A program made the translations under genes and the position numbers. Positions 12,278 through 24,669 of a stretch of 64,000 nt of DNA are shown in pieces. Below the pieces are notes generated by a model. That model was not told the DNA's origin and did not search any database. It worked only from the letters and a program-made list of their open reading frames with translations. The stretch comes from Chiloscyllium plagiosum. Lineage: Eukaryota. Every line of letters starts with the position of its first letter. Positions within the stretch are counted from its first letter, which is position 1. The stretch is from NCBI RefSeq assembly GCF_004010195.1, contig NC_057719.1:30894294-30958293 (forward strand), written 5' to 3'.

Positions 12278-12442
12278 GAGCATGTGAGGACTGCAGATGC
12301 TGGAGATTAGAGTCTAAAATGGGGAGCTGGAAAAGCACAGCAGGTCAGGCAGCATTCAGGAAGTAGGAGAATCGACGTAGGCTTATGCCTGAAATGTCAA
12401 TTCTCCTGCTCCTCAGATGCTGCCTGACTTCCTGTGCTTTTC
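12278..12442. mobile_element. PLE pLTR hairpin insertion (family A)
   Basis: Inverted arms ctggaaaagcacagcaggtcaggcagcat / atgctgcctgacttcctgtgcttttcca; 16-bp TSD caagaaaagctaacta at 12262-12277 and 12443-12458. Confidence 0.85.
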
Positions 12443-12623
12443 CAAGAAAAGCTAACTACCAATCTTAATTCTCAGACCAGCCAGCTGGATTCTGATTGTT
12501 GTCATGGTGTAATATTAGTGGAGAAAATCACTCATGGATTTACTGCAAGTAGTAGTGTGAGACTGCTCTGATATAAGGGGGCTGCCATATTATGTCAACA
12601 TGATTTACTGACTAACAAATGAG

Positions 12624-13897
12624 GCAAAAGTGAGGACTGCAGATGCTGGAGATTAGAGTCAAAATTAGAGTGGTGCTGGAAAAGCACAGCAGCTCAGGCA
12701 GCATCCAAGCAGCAGGAAAATTGCCGTTTCGGGCAGAAGCCCTTCAACAGGAATGAGGGTGCAACTTTGATGTATGTGCAAGGAGCCTTTGGGACCTTGG
12801 ATGGAGATGAGGGGAGAGGTGTGGGTGCAGGTTTTTCAATTCCTGTGGTGGCAGGGGAAGGTGCTAAGAGGGGAGGGTGGGTTGTTGGGGGGCATGGACC
12901 TGACCAGGTAGTCACGGAGGGAACGGTCTTTGCGAAAAGTGGATAGGGGTGGGGAGGGAAATATATCCCTGGTGGTGGGGTCCGTTTGTAAGTGGCAGAA
13001 GTGTTGGTGGATGATGTGGTTTATGCAGAGGTTGGTGGGGTGGAAGGTGAGGACTGGGGTGTTCTGTCCTTTTTGCAGTTGGAGGGGTGAGGTTTGAGGG
13101 CGGAGGTGCGGGATGTGGATGAGGTGCGTGGGAGGACATCTTCAACCATGTGGGAAGGGAAATTACAGTCTTTAAAGAAGGAGGCCATCTGGTGTGTTCT
13201 GTGGTAGAACTGGTCCTCCTGGGAGCAGATACAGTGGAGCTGGAGGAATTAGGAATATGGGATAGCATTTTTGCAGGCGATAGGTTGGGAGGAGGTGTAA
13301 TCCAGGTAGCTGTGGGAGTGGGTGGGTTTGTAAAAAAAATGTTGGTCGTCATTGATGTAGATGGAGAGGTCCAGGAAGTGGAGGGAAGTGTTGGAGATGG
13401 TCCATGTGAATTTAAGATCGGGGTGGAATGTGTTGGTGAAATTGATGAACTGCTCAACCTCCTCGTGGGGGCATGAGATGGTGCCGATGCAGTCATCAAT
13501 GTAGTGGTGGAAAAGGTGGGGAGTGGTGCTGGTGTAACTATGGAAGATGGACTGTTCTACATAGCCAACAAAGAGACAGGCATAGCTGGGGCCCATGCGG
13601 GTGCCCATGGCTACCCCTTTGGTCTGAAGGAAGTGGGAGGATTTGAAAGAGAAATTGTTGAGGGTGAGGACCAGTTCAACCAAACGAATGAGGGTGTCAG
13701 TGGAAGGGTACTGGTGGAGATGTCAGGAGAGAAAGAAACTGAGGGCTTGGAGGCCCTGGTCATAGCGGATGGAGGTGTAGAGGGACTGGATGTCCATGGT
13801 GAAGATGATGCTCCTGCCCGAAATGTCTATTTTCCTGCTCCTCGGATGCTGCCTGACCTGCTGTGCTTTTCCAGCACCACTCTAATCTTGACTACCA
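12624..13897 (-). mobile_element. 5'-truncated Penelope-like element (family A) with RT core, missing GIY-YIG region and inverted pLTR ends
   Basis: ORF 13249-13683 has NNFSF..FLQTKGVAMGTRMGPSYACLFVG, YIDDCIG, LKFT, FLDL, YKPT.SHSYL; pLTR at 12624-12755 and inverted pLTR at ~13810-13893; TSD aacaaatgag at 12614-12623 and 13898-13907. Confidence 0.92.
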
Positions 13898-15869
13898 AAC
13901 AAATGAGTCATATGATAAAATTTTATCCTCTGAGTGCAACTTCATGTCCTTGTCTCATTTTCGTAACATTTGAATTATTTTTTCAAATTACTGCACATTT
14001 GTAATTCTTCACTAAAACAGTTCTAAAAGATGAAAAAGTCTGAGTTGCTGATTTGATAATTTGATCTCCTGGGAATCAGCCATGAGTAGTTATCCCTGTA
14101 AGGATGGAAATACTACTACACAAATTTTCTATGCCATACATTGAAAAAACACTGGGCTTGTCTGTAGTCTTAGGAAGATTTCAGCAATGTTGTAAGGGAA
14201 GGGCAAACAAATCTTGAGGGTTGGGGGAGAGAAAGAAAAACACTTAAATGAAGTGTCCCTCTGATCTTTCTCCATAGTGGCCTTGAGATTAATCTTCAAA
14301 TTCTGGAGACTCCAGGACAATCCTGGAGAGTTGGGTGGCCTGTGAGTCCGTGGGCATCTGGCAATAGGCCATTATGCCATTGTGTAGCCTTCATTGCCCA
14401 GTGTCCTTCATATGAGGAATTTAGTCAGAGGCCAAGAATGACTTCTCCCAACACACTAATAGCTTAGCTGGTCTCATATCTATCATAGGTTCAGATCAAT
14501 TCACATTATATAAGGAAGTCCCAACAGGATGTGTAGGCATTGGTCTCATGTAATAAGTTGCCTGTTTTCCTTTCTATATGAGAATAGGGAAGTATGTCTA
14601 ATCATATAGTGCATTTGTTTAGTATTTATATCATTTTCATTGTACAGTATAAATTAAAATAAGTGTACTGGATGCAAATAAAACAATTTCCATTTTGTTT
14701 TAACATAAATCAGATGTCTGTTATTCACTTGACAGTTGCAGCATTTTTAATTTAGCTTTGCACCGGTCACAGTAAGTGCAAGGTGCTCATACCAATAATT
14801 GTTACTGTCACGTCACAACTGTCAGCAGGATTTCAAAACTTACTCTCACTCACACTGTGCCAGGGATGCGAGAAACTGAAAATAGGCCAGGTAAACAGTC
14901 GGAATAAATAGGTGAAGGATTATTTCACACTGATAAGAGCCCACGTGTACAAGACACTAATGAATTCAAGAAGCAATCATCAGCACAAATTATTCATTAT
15001 TTACTGACTCCACTGCCAGTTGTGTACAATAATAAAGATTATCTTGCAAATTATTAAGTTACGTTGGGCAAAGAGGAAGTAACAGGGTTCAAGCAATGAC
15101 TAAGACATGACAAAAAATAAGGAGGAAATGATTTATTGTCACTTGCATTTTACAGTGAATAATACTGTAAAATACAGTGAAACTTCAACTGCCAAACTCC
15201 AGCTCCATTTTGAATAGTTTAAGAATAGAAAGAATAAAAAAGATTTGGCTGAAACAGAGTCCATCTTCATTCTGCCTCCTCTGCCATGAGCTCTGAGCTG
15301 GCTCAGCAACAACACCTGCTCCACCACCTCACTGCCACCGGTGCAGGACCCACAAACTTCTCTACCATTCAGGCCATCTCTTCAGTGGACCCACACTTGC
15401 CACCTCACCAACAACCAGAGGACCCCACTTCACAAGTAGGAATCTTTGGCTCTGCTGTCAGGCCAGGCTGCCAACTCACAAAACTCCTGCTCTGGCCATC
15501 CTCCTCCGTGATGTCATCTTCTTCACCACTGTGACAGGAAGAAGTTGAACAAAAGGAAAAGACAAAGGGTATAGAAGGAAGCATTTGGTCAGGATCGGAC
15601 AGGCCCAGGAGCAGCTGAACGTTCTGTACATCGCTGGTGCCCATATGTTATATAAGGGTCATTCTACCTATATTCATTGATTATTGTACTTTAAATTTAT
15701 TAGGTGTTGATTCAGTATAGTATATGTCCTAAAGTTGGTTGAGTGTACTTTTATCAATCTATAATATTTTTATAGATCACAGCATGATAGAGCATCAAAG
15801 AGTGTATTTGGCTCATTTTGCCTATTTGGTAGGCTTTTTATTGAGAGGCCTGAGCAATTAATCTCAATG

Positions 15870-16085
15870 GAGAAAGTGAAGACTGCAGATGCTGGAGATC
15901 AGAGCTGAAAATGTGTTGCTGGAAAAGCACAGCAGGTCAGGCAGCATCCAAGGAACAGGAGAATCGACGTTTCGGGCATAAGCCCTTCTTCAGCCCTTCT
16001 TCGGGCTTATGCCCGAAATGTCAATTCTCCTGTTCATTGGATGCTGACTGACCTGCTGCGCTTTTCCAGCAACACATTTTCAGCT
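15870..16085. mobile_element. PLE pLTR hairpin insertion (family A variant)
   Basis: Long inverted arms; perfect 15-bp TSD caattaatctcaatg at 15855-15869 and 16086-16100. Confidence 0.92.
15961..15993 (-). ncRNA. Minimal hammerhead ribozyme motif (family A pLTR)
   Basis: Minus strand CUGAAGA-A-GGGC-UUAU-GCCC-GAA-ACGU-C: conserved core, 4-bp stem II, palindromic ACGU stem III; the 5' strand of stem I is lost at the fold-back junction. Confidence 0.75.
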
Positions 16086-18239
16086 CAATTAATCTCAATG
16101 CCAAGCTTTTTCTCATAGAACTATAAATACGTTTCCTCAACAATTTGAGAATTTATTCAATTCTCTCTTGAACATTATGATGTGCAAGGTGTTCGAAATC
16201 AGCTGTCTGAAAACAAATTGTTCTAGAACTGGATACCTTTAATATTTTAAAAGCAAAGATGAGCTGCCTTGCAGGTTGTTGTCAGCCCTGTACAAAAATG
16301 ACCACCGCGATAGTGAAGTTAGGGATAGTCTTATTATGGCCTGATGGACATGGGCTTTGGTGAGTTTGTGGTAGAATCACTCAAGTCTGCCGAGGCTCAT
16401 CTCTATGGTGGGAGCATCTCCCAAAAACTTTTATGCATTTGAGCAGCAAGGCAAGTTTCTCACTAGGTGAGCTTGCAATTAAGGGATTATAGCTTGATGA
16501 TCACCTAATTTCACAACTTCTATCTTCCTATCTTACTAAATGTTGTGAATTCTCCTGGATGGAAGTTAAAGTGGATATCTAGTAATTTCAGCTCATAGAT
16601 GGCTATGAGAAGCTTCAATGTTGCTTAGCACCAAATAGCAACTGAGAGTACAACCAACAGACAGGAGCTGCACACACCCTTTATTCACAGACTTTAGCAA
16701 CTGGCAATTATTAAACCCTGACAGTCATCAGGGTACACATATAATTCACATGCAGGACACTTACAAACCTCAGTCCTGCACTGCACAGTGCAACAGTAAC
16801 TAGCATTGAATAGTTGGTATGATGACAATTTGCTTGTACAGACAGAAATATAGCTCACAGACTGGATCAGGCTACACCCTGGGGCTGATTGCTTGTTTTC
16901 TTAGTGTTCACTCATATAGTGCCTACCTGCATGCTTGCAGTATCTCTGCGAAACCTGTTAGCCTTTGGCTCTGACTGAAGTGCCAACACACTATCAGCAC
17001 TGCCACATTATGTGTCTGCACAAATAGAATGCAGGCAGACTATTTGTCATTTTCCTCATTACGGATCTGTCTGAGGAGGAATTTGTATTTACACATGGCA
17101 CATCAAGACACCAAACAAACATCTACAGCAGGTACCTGTTGCCTGCACAGCAAATGTACTGTGCCCATGTTGGAAACTGAGTGAAAAAGCTAGTCCTCTG
17201 TCCAGATAGGAGGTGGGAGGTGGGGGGACACTGCACTGCACATCAGGAGATCCCAGAACTGCTAATCCTGGGCATAGTCCGCACACAGACCAGGGGTGGT
17301 CAGCTCAGTCTGCTCACAGTCAGGGGATCTACCCAATTACAGTCCAGGGACAGAGTAACATTCGGTCTCATAGGGTTAGCAATAGCAGTTTGGGGAATTT
17401 CATATCATTAGTCAGCAAGTTGCAAAGGCAGTGCTCAGGGGTCTAGATGTTGGAGTGAGTCATAGGTATATGGTGTACACAGTCCTGAGGAACATCCTTT
17501 GATCTAGTTAATCTATTTAAGGATGCAAGGGGTCCTTGTAAGGGCAGCAGGAAGATCACTGGCAAAAGACTTGGGGGAGTTAAGACTGAATGGGAAATGC
17601 AGGGGCATTTGTAGAGCTAGGAACAAAGACAGTGACATCATGGTGTATTCAAGGCAAGCAGAACAGCAGAGAGTATGGTAAGCTACAGAAGTAGGAATTA
17701 TTGGTCAGTGACTACCACACATAGAGAACCAAGGTGGGCATCATTAAGGTATAATGCCAATGCACAGGGAGCAGAGAGGACAAAGTTTAATGTGATGTGT
17801 CTCCACATTGGGAGGATGGGTGAAAATGGGCTGTTGGGGTAATGTGAGATTAAAAGGCACATGGAGTGCTTGGAGGGCAGTGGGATGTACTTTGCGACCA
17901 GGTGAAGTTTGGTATTGCTGGCTTTCACTGCGATTTGTGTTCCCTGTCATCATTGGGAAATCATTGCATCATATAATTATGAAAATAGACTGAATTCAAT
18001 AATAAGATTCATGTTTGATGCAACTCTGGGATGACAAAAGATTCAGATCACTGCAGGCATTCCCTTTTCAATGTAATGTGTCAAGAAAGAAATAATTAGT
18101 AGTCTAGCTGTCTAAGCTCCTTGGGGAAGAGTGACCATAAAACAATTAAATTTTTCATTAAGGTGGAGAGTTGATTCTGAAACATGATTCCAAATAAAGG
18201 AAATGAAGATGGTATGTGGAGCAAGATGGCTAAATAAAG

Positions 18240-19795
18240 CGGGAAATGTTACTTAAAGGATTATGATGGAAAAACAATTTAAAGAATACATGGAGGAACT
18301 GCAAAACCTGTTCATTCCTGTCCAGCACAAAAGCAAGGTGGGAAAGGTGGCCTGACCATGGGTAACAATGGAAATTTAAGTAGTACTAGCATTAGATCCA
18401 AGGGAGGGGCTATGAATTAGCAGACCTGAGGATTGAGGCAAGTTTAGATTTCAGTAAAGGAAGACAGATGGATTGATTAAGGGTGAAAAATAGAGTATCA
18501 GAGTAAGCTTGTGGGAAACATACAAACTGATTGTAAAAACATCTGCAGGTAAATGAAGAGAAAAAGATTAGTGAAAACAAGTGGGTCCCTTACAGTCAGC
18601 AACAGGGAAAGTTATAATGGGTAACAAAGTGGTTGAACAACTAAATAAATGTTTTGTTTCTGTCTTCACAAAAGAGGGCACAAATAATGACCCAAAACTT
18701 ATGGAGGACACAGGATCTAGTCAGCGGGAGGAATTGAAGGAAAGCAGTATTAGCAGGAAAATTGTGTTGGTGAAATTGTTGGGATTAAAGGAAATAGTGG
18801 ATGTTTTGACGGTCATCCTTCTAGTTTCTGTAGACTCTGAAATATTTCTCTGTATTGGAGAGTTGCTGATGGAACCCCATTATTTAAAAAAAGGTAACGG
18901 AAAAGCAGGGAATTATAGATTGCTTAGGCAAACATTGGTGATATGGAAAATGTAAGACCCCATGAAAGAAGATTCAATATCAGAGCATTTGGAAAACAGT
19001 GGCAGGATTGGATAGAGTGAGCATGGATGTATAAAAGGGAAATTGTATTTTCAAATCAGCTGGCATATTTCAAGGATGTAATTAGTTGAGAAGGAGGAGC
19101 CAGCAGGTGTGGTTTATTTGGACTTTCAGAAGAACTTTGATCATTTCCCACTAAGAGATTAACAAGTAAAATTAATGTGCATGGGTTTGTGGGTAGTACT
19201 GACATGGATACAGAACACGTTGTCAGACACGAATTAAAAGAATGGGAATAAACAGATCTTTTTCTGAGTGATGAGCAGTGATTAGAGGGGTACTGTAGGA
19301 ATCAGTGCTTGGACCCCAACAAATCCCAATATAAATTAATGATTTAAATGATGGAAGCAAATGTCACATCTCCAAGTTGCTGGTGACACAAAGCTGGATG
19401 AAGGATTGAACTGTGATTTTGACAAATTGATTCAATGGGCAAATGAATGACAGGTGTAATTTAATGAGGATAAATGCCAGGTTATCCAATTTAGTAGCTA
19501 AAACAGATTACTATTGAAATGGTGATAGATCAGGAAAGGGGAGGTGCAAAGAGACATGGGTGTCCTTGCACACCAGTTGCTGAAAGTGAGCTTGTAGGTA
19601 CAGCAGGCAGTGAAAAAGACAAATAATATTTTGGTCTTCTTAGCAAGAGTCTTCAAATACAGGAGCAGGGATGTCTTGCTGCAATTGTACAGTCTTAGTG
19701 AGAGCACATTTGGGATGTTGTAGTCAGTTTTAGGTTCCTTACCTGAGAAAAGATGTCCTGGCTATGGAGGGAGTACAAAGAAGATTTACCAGCAA
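18240..19795 (+). mobile_element. Degenerate CR1 ORF2 fragment (linker and RT)
   Basis: VGPLQS, FVSVFTKE, GNYR, VVYLDFQK, GSVLGPQ and LAMEGVQRRFT-like segments with many stops and indels. Confidence 0.85.
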
Positions 19796-20412
19796 GTGTG
19801 AGGTTATCCATTTTACACCAAAAAAGAATTGATCAGGTCAATTTCTAGATGGTATGAAGTTAAATATAATGGATGTCAAAATAGAGTTGGGGATTCAGGT
19901 GCATAGATCTTTAAAATGTCACAAACAGATACAGAAATAATCAAGCAAACTAATTAAATTCTGGTCTTTATATCTGGAGGACTGGAGTACAGGAATGCAA
20001 AAGTTATGCTGCAATTATACAAAACCCTGGTTGGACTCCACTTGGAGTTCTGTGTGCAGATCTGGGCACAACACCTTAGGAAGGATATATAGGCCTTAGG
20101 AGGAGGACAACATAGGTTTACAAGACTGATACCTATTTGGGAATTCTAAATTTTGGGCTAGATCATTCCGGAGAGATGTTAGGAAGCACCTATACACACA
20201 AAGGATAGTAGAGGTTTAAAACTCTCTTCCACAAATGGCAGTGGATTCTGGGTCAATTATTAATTTTCAATCTGAGACAAATACATTTTAAAGCTATTAA
20301 GGGATATTGGACAAAGGCAGGTGTATACAACGAGGCCACAGATCAATTATGATCTCATTGAATGGTTCAAAAAGCTTGAGGGGCTGAATGGCCTACGCCT
20401 CTCCTATCTCCT
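19796..20412 (+). mobile_element. Second degenerate CR1 3' fragment
   Basis: CEVIHF, MLQLYKTLV, LEFCVQIWA segments and 3' UTR gggctgaatggcctac. Confidence 0.75.
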
Positions 20413-20609
20413 ATGATAGTTGCTAAGGAACTGGAAGAATGGAGGAGTCTTCCTAGCTTGTGCCATCGAGGAGGTAGCCCTCCATGTCACATCTCCAAGT
20501 TGCAGGTGACACAAAGCTGGGTGGAGAATAGAACTGTGATTTGGACAGGTGCTCATCCTCATCGATAATGTGGTTCAGGCTGCAAAGGGCATGGCGTATA
20601 ATATTTTAT

Positions 20610-21004
20610 AAATTTCTACTTTGGAAATAGAACTAGTCTGCCTCAAGTTTGGGATACAGATAGACTCTAACCTCACACCCTTAATGCATTGTCTGAGCTG
20701 TGATGTCACTTTTTTAAAATAAAACCTTAAGTTATTTCAAGAATTTGACTTATAAGAAGTTCTAGGATTTACATATTAATGAACCGAAACCTGCAACCCA
20801 TTCTAAAGGATGAAAGAAATAACAGCAATCTAGGTTTTTTTCAATACATCGTTTTAATTGCATGACACTGTGATGTTTTGCTAAAAGTTCTGTGTCTTAT
20901 GATCATGCTCCACAGCTACCTGACAAAGGAGCAGTACCCTGAAAGTTGGTACTTCCAACTAAACCTCTTGGACTATAACCTGGTGTTGTGTGATTTTTAG
21001 CTTT
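20610..21004 (+). mobile_element. PLE pLTR segment (family B), degenerate hammerhead motif
   Basis: Ends cctgacaaaggagcagtaccctgaaagttgg...ggactataacctggtgttgtgtgattttt, homologous to 58392-58611 and to the reverse complement of 50351-50821. Confidence 0.8.
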
Positions 21005-22590
21005 ATTTTAAAGTGAACATTGTGTGAATTTTAACTTTATTTTAAAGTGGACATACATGCTTTTGACTTTTAACATCTTACCTCTTAAGAAAAAAAATGA
21101 ACCATCAAAATGAAAAGATGGCTTTTTTTCTCTACTAGTTAATACCATTACTATGAAATACATATATCATTAATGTAAGTAATTCATTTCATATTAATTC
21201 TGTATGCATATATAACATTGGAACTGATACACCTTTTAGATCCATGATAATGCATCTGTATCACATTTTTATGATTTACAACATATATAATTTGTATGAT
21301 TTACAACATATATAAATTATCGGTCTGTAACATAAGACTCCAACGAAATAGTATCATATTTTTGTTTTTAAATCTTTCCAAAAATGTGAGAGGATTGTGG
21401 TCTGTGTACATAACTGTCTCCAATGCATTGTTCATCCCATAAATATTAAAATGTTGTAATCTCAGTACCAAACTCAATAATTTTCTATTTAATTGTGGAA
21501 AATTTTCTCTGGAGGATATTGAGTTTTTTCGAAAAGTAGACAATTGGCCGTTCAGTTCATCATCATCATCAGCTCCAACTCCAATATCACTAACATCAAT
21601 TGCAACTTTGAAGGGTTTCAAAAAACTTTGATGTAGCTAAAACTGATATGGTGGTTAGTATGGCTTTTAAATTCTAAAATGCCTCCTCGTATTGTTCTGT
21701 CCACCAAAATTTCATGTTCTTTAGTAAATCTGTCAGCAGTGACACTACGCTGTTGAAGTTTGGAACCAACTTCCAGTAGAATCCGCTCCATCCCAAAAAT
21801 CGAAGCACCTTTTTCTTTGAGGATGTTCGTGGAAATTCCTCAATGCCCTTTGTCTTCACATTCCTTGGGGTGATCCTTCCATGTCTCATGTTATATCCCA
21901 AGAACACCACCTCTGCCTTCATGAATTCTGTTTTCTTTAAGTTTATTACCAGTTTTGTTTTTCATTATTATTCAAAGAGCTCTGCCACCTGTACCGCGTG
22001 ATATTTCCATGACTCGTAAAGATCACTACATCATCCAGATAAACTGCACAATTTGTTAATCCAGCCACAACTCTGTTCATGAGTCATTGGAATGTGGCTG
22101 GTGCGTTCTTCATTCCAAAGGGCATCACTTTGAATTGATATAGCCCATTTGGGGTTACAAACATAGAAACCTCTTTTACTTTCTCTGATCAAGGCACCTG
22201 GCAATATCCACACAGTAAATCCAACTTTCTCTATACAGTCCTCCAACCTTGGTATTGGATAGGAGTCCAATTTATCTATGACGTTGACCTTCTGATAGTC
22301 CACGTGAAATCATTGAGCCCCATCAGGTTTGGGAACTAACATGATTGGCGAATTCCACTCATTCCAGCTCGGTTCGATGATGTCTTTATTGAGCATTGCA
22401 TCCACTTCCTTCTGGACCTGTGCAGCTTTGACAGGATTAAGCCTGTAGGGATGTTGTTTTATCAGAATAACATTCTCTACTTCAACCTCATGCACAATAG
22501 TATTAGTCCTCCCCATTCTATTCCTCATACTGCTGTAACAAACCTTTCAACTTGGTTCTTTTCTCCTGAGTCAGTTAGTTCACTATTCTA

Positions 22591-22735
22591 GAATCCTTCA
22601 TTCCCGATGAAGGACTTTTGCCCAAAACGTCGATTTTCCAGCTCCTCAGATGCTGCCTGACCTGCTGTGCTTTTTCAGCACCACTCTAATCTTAATTCTA
22701 ACCTCCAGCATCTGCAGTACCCACCTCTGCCTCGC
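22591..22735 (+). mobile_element. PLE pLTR terminal fragment (family A) inserted between IN and RT of Gypsy copy 1
   Basis: Mutated hammerhead motif cccgatgaaggacttttgcccaaaacgtc followed by the family A arm; TSD tcactatYcta at 22580-22590 and 22736-22746. Confidence 0.85.
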
Positions 22736-23770
22736 TCACTATCCTATCCCATTCCTCAAGGACCTCTTCATTATTTAACATATTTTGAGGCAGATCAATA
22801 TCCGCACCATCTGGGTTTGATTCCTCACTCTGCAGGGCAGTAACTAACACCCGTTTCTGCTGTTCCCTGTCTCTATTATAGTAAGGTTTCAACATATTCA
22901 CATGAGATATCCAATACAGTCTGCTTCTATCCGGTATCTTTACCAGATAGTTTACCTAACTCGACCTTTGCTCAATTTGATTGGGAGCACTAAATCTGGC
23001 TTTGAAGGGATTTCCTATCACTGGTAACAATATTAATACCTCATCCCCATGGGAAAGCATCTGAATTTTAGAATTTTTATCTGCCACCTGCTTCATTCTA
23101 TGCGGTGCCCTCTTCAGGTGCTGTTTAGCTAATTCACTTACACAGCTTAATCTCTCCCTCACCTCTATGCATAATCCAAGTGTGAGATCTCTGACTTCGG
23201 TCCTATCAATTTTTCTTTAATTAGTTTAAAAGGCCCTCTCACTTCATGTCAGAATATTAACTCAAAGAGATTAAATTGAGTAGAATTGTTTGGGGTATCT
23301 CGAAAGGCAAACAATATGAATGGGATATCTTTATCCCAATCACTCAGGTAATCCTAACAGTATGCTGTTAACATGATCTTCAGGGTCTGATGCCACATTT
23401 CCAAGGCTCCCTGGGATTCAGCATGGAACACACTCGATTTAAAGTGTTGTATTCTAAACTACCTATGACTTCTTTAAACAGCCTAGCAGTAAAATTAGAC
23501 CCTTGGTCTGACAAAATCTCTTCAGGTAGCCCATATCGCGTGAAGAAAGTGACCAACTCCTCTTCAACCCTTTTTGCCTCAACACTCCATAATCAAATTG
23601 CCTCCTGAAATCTGGCAGATACATCCATTATGGTTCACCAATACTGGTTCTCATTTTTAGTTTTAGGGAGGGGACCTATACAATCAATCATAACCTGCGT
23701 GAAAGATTCTTTGAATGCAGGATTTGGCAACAAAGGTGGTGGTTTTATTACTGCTTGTGGCTTACCTACT

Positions 23771-24669
23771 TAACACTTGGTCAGCCATGCCCGAAAGGGG
23801 CCTCAGACCTGTTTCCTGGCAAGGAGAAGGAAACTCTGATTTCAAACCTCCGCTGCCTTGTGGTCACACCTACACATGGGAAAGGCTTCAAGATTAAACC
23901 TTGAGGAGAAATCTGGATCCGGAGCCCCGAAGCCAGTTCATCATTACCTACAACCACGTTCTGGCAGCCCCTGCAACGACACTGGTACCAAACTGTAATG
24001 GCTTTTCTGTTCCTTTGGATTAGCCAGTATCATGGAGGGGGTCATGCTTCATGGGCAACAGCTTATTCCCCATACTACACTGCCGAGGCTTGCATTCTAA
24101 CACCACCGCACCTTGAGAGGGCACTCCAGCTTCGCCTGCGGCGTCGACACAACACAGGGGTTCAGCAGATACCGGTTTTAAGTCATCACTAGATTGGCAT
24201 AGAGCGTGACACCAGGGTTTGCTCCCAAATGTGGGAGGGATTTTCAGATCCTACTGAACAGTTATAGCCCGCCTCAAGCTGGGCAGTCTCCAGCCAGAAA
24301 GGTGCTGTCTCACCACAATCTGCTATCCTCATTGGGTGCATGGGGATTAGGAGTTATGGTATGTTGAACAGCAGATTGTAATCACCGCACCAAACAACAA
24401 AAGAAAACAACAACAGAGACTAGCTCTAAAACTGGGAAGTTGGAACGTCCGATGACCGGCCTCTTAGAAAACCTACAAGCGGGCACGAAGGGAGGAGTGC
24501 AGCAGTTCTAGCAGATCAATGACCACATACAGATGCGACTTCTGCAACCAGGACTGTTCCTCCAGCATTGGACTCTTCAGTCACAAGCAATGTTGGTTCA
24601 GGGAGCAAGAAGCTAGAACAATGAGGATGCAACCAATGGTCAGCCATGACCGAAAGGGGACTCACACCC
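23771..24669 (+). mobile_element. Internally deleted (non-autonomous) RTE-clade LINE
   Basis: RTE-type 5' UTR motif ggagaaggaaactctgatttcaaacc; ORF start LKLGSWNVR (~24430-24450) joined almost directly to the C-terminal motif YRCDFCNQDCSSSIGLFSHKQC; 12-bp TSD ggcttacctact at 23759-23770 and 24670-24681 splits the host integrase at CQIVGKP. Confidence 0.85.

Noticed and set aside
12912..14004. Overlapping 108-195 aa ORFs on both strands as novel genes
   Set aside because: They are alternative or antisense frames of the PLE RT region
15139..15644. GC-richer block with short ORFs as a host exon or retrocopy
   Set aside because: No recognisable domain, no clear splice pair, and stops in the plausible frames; left unassigned
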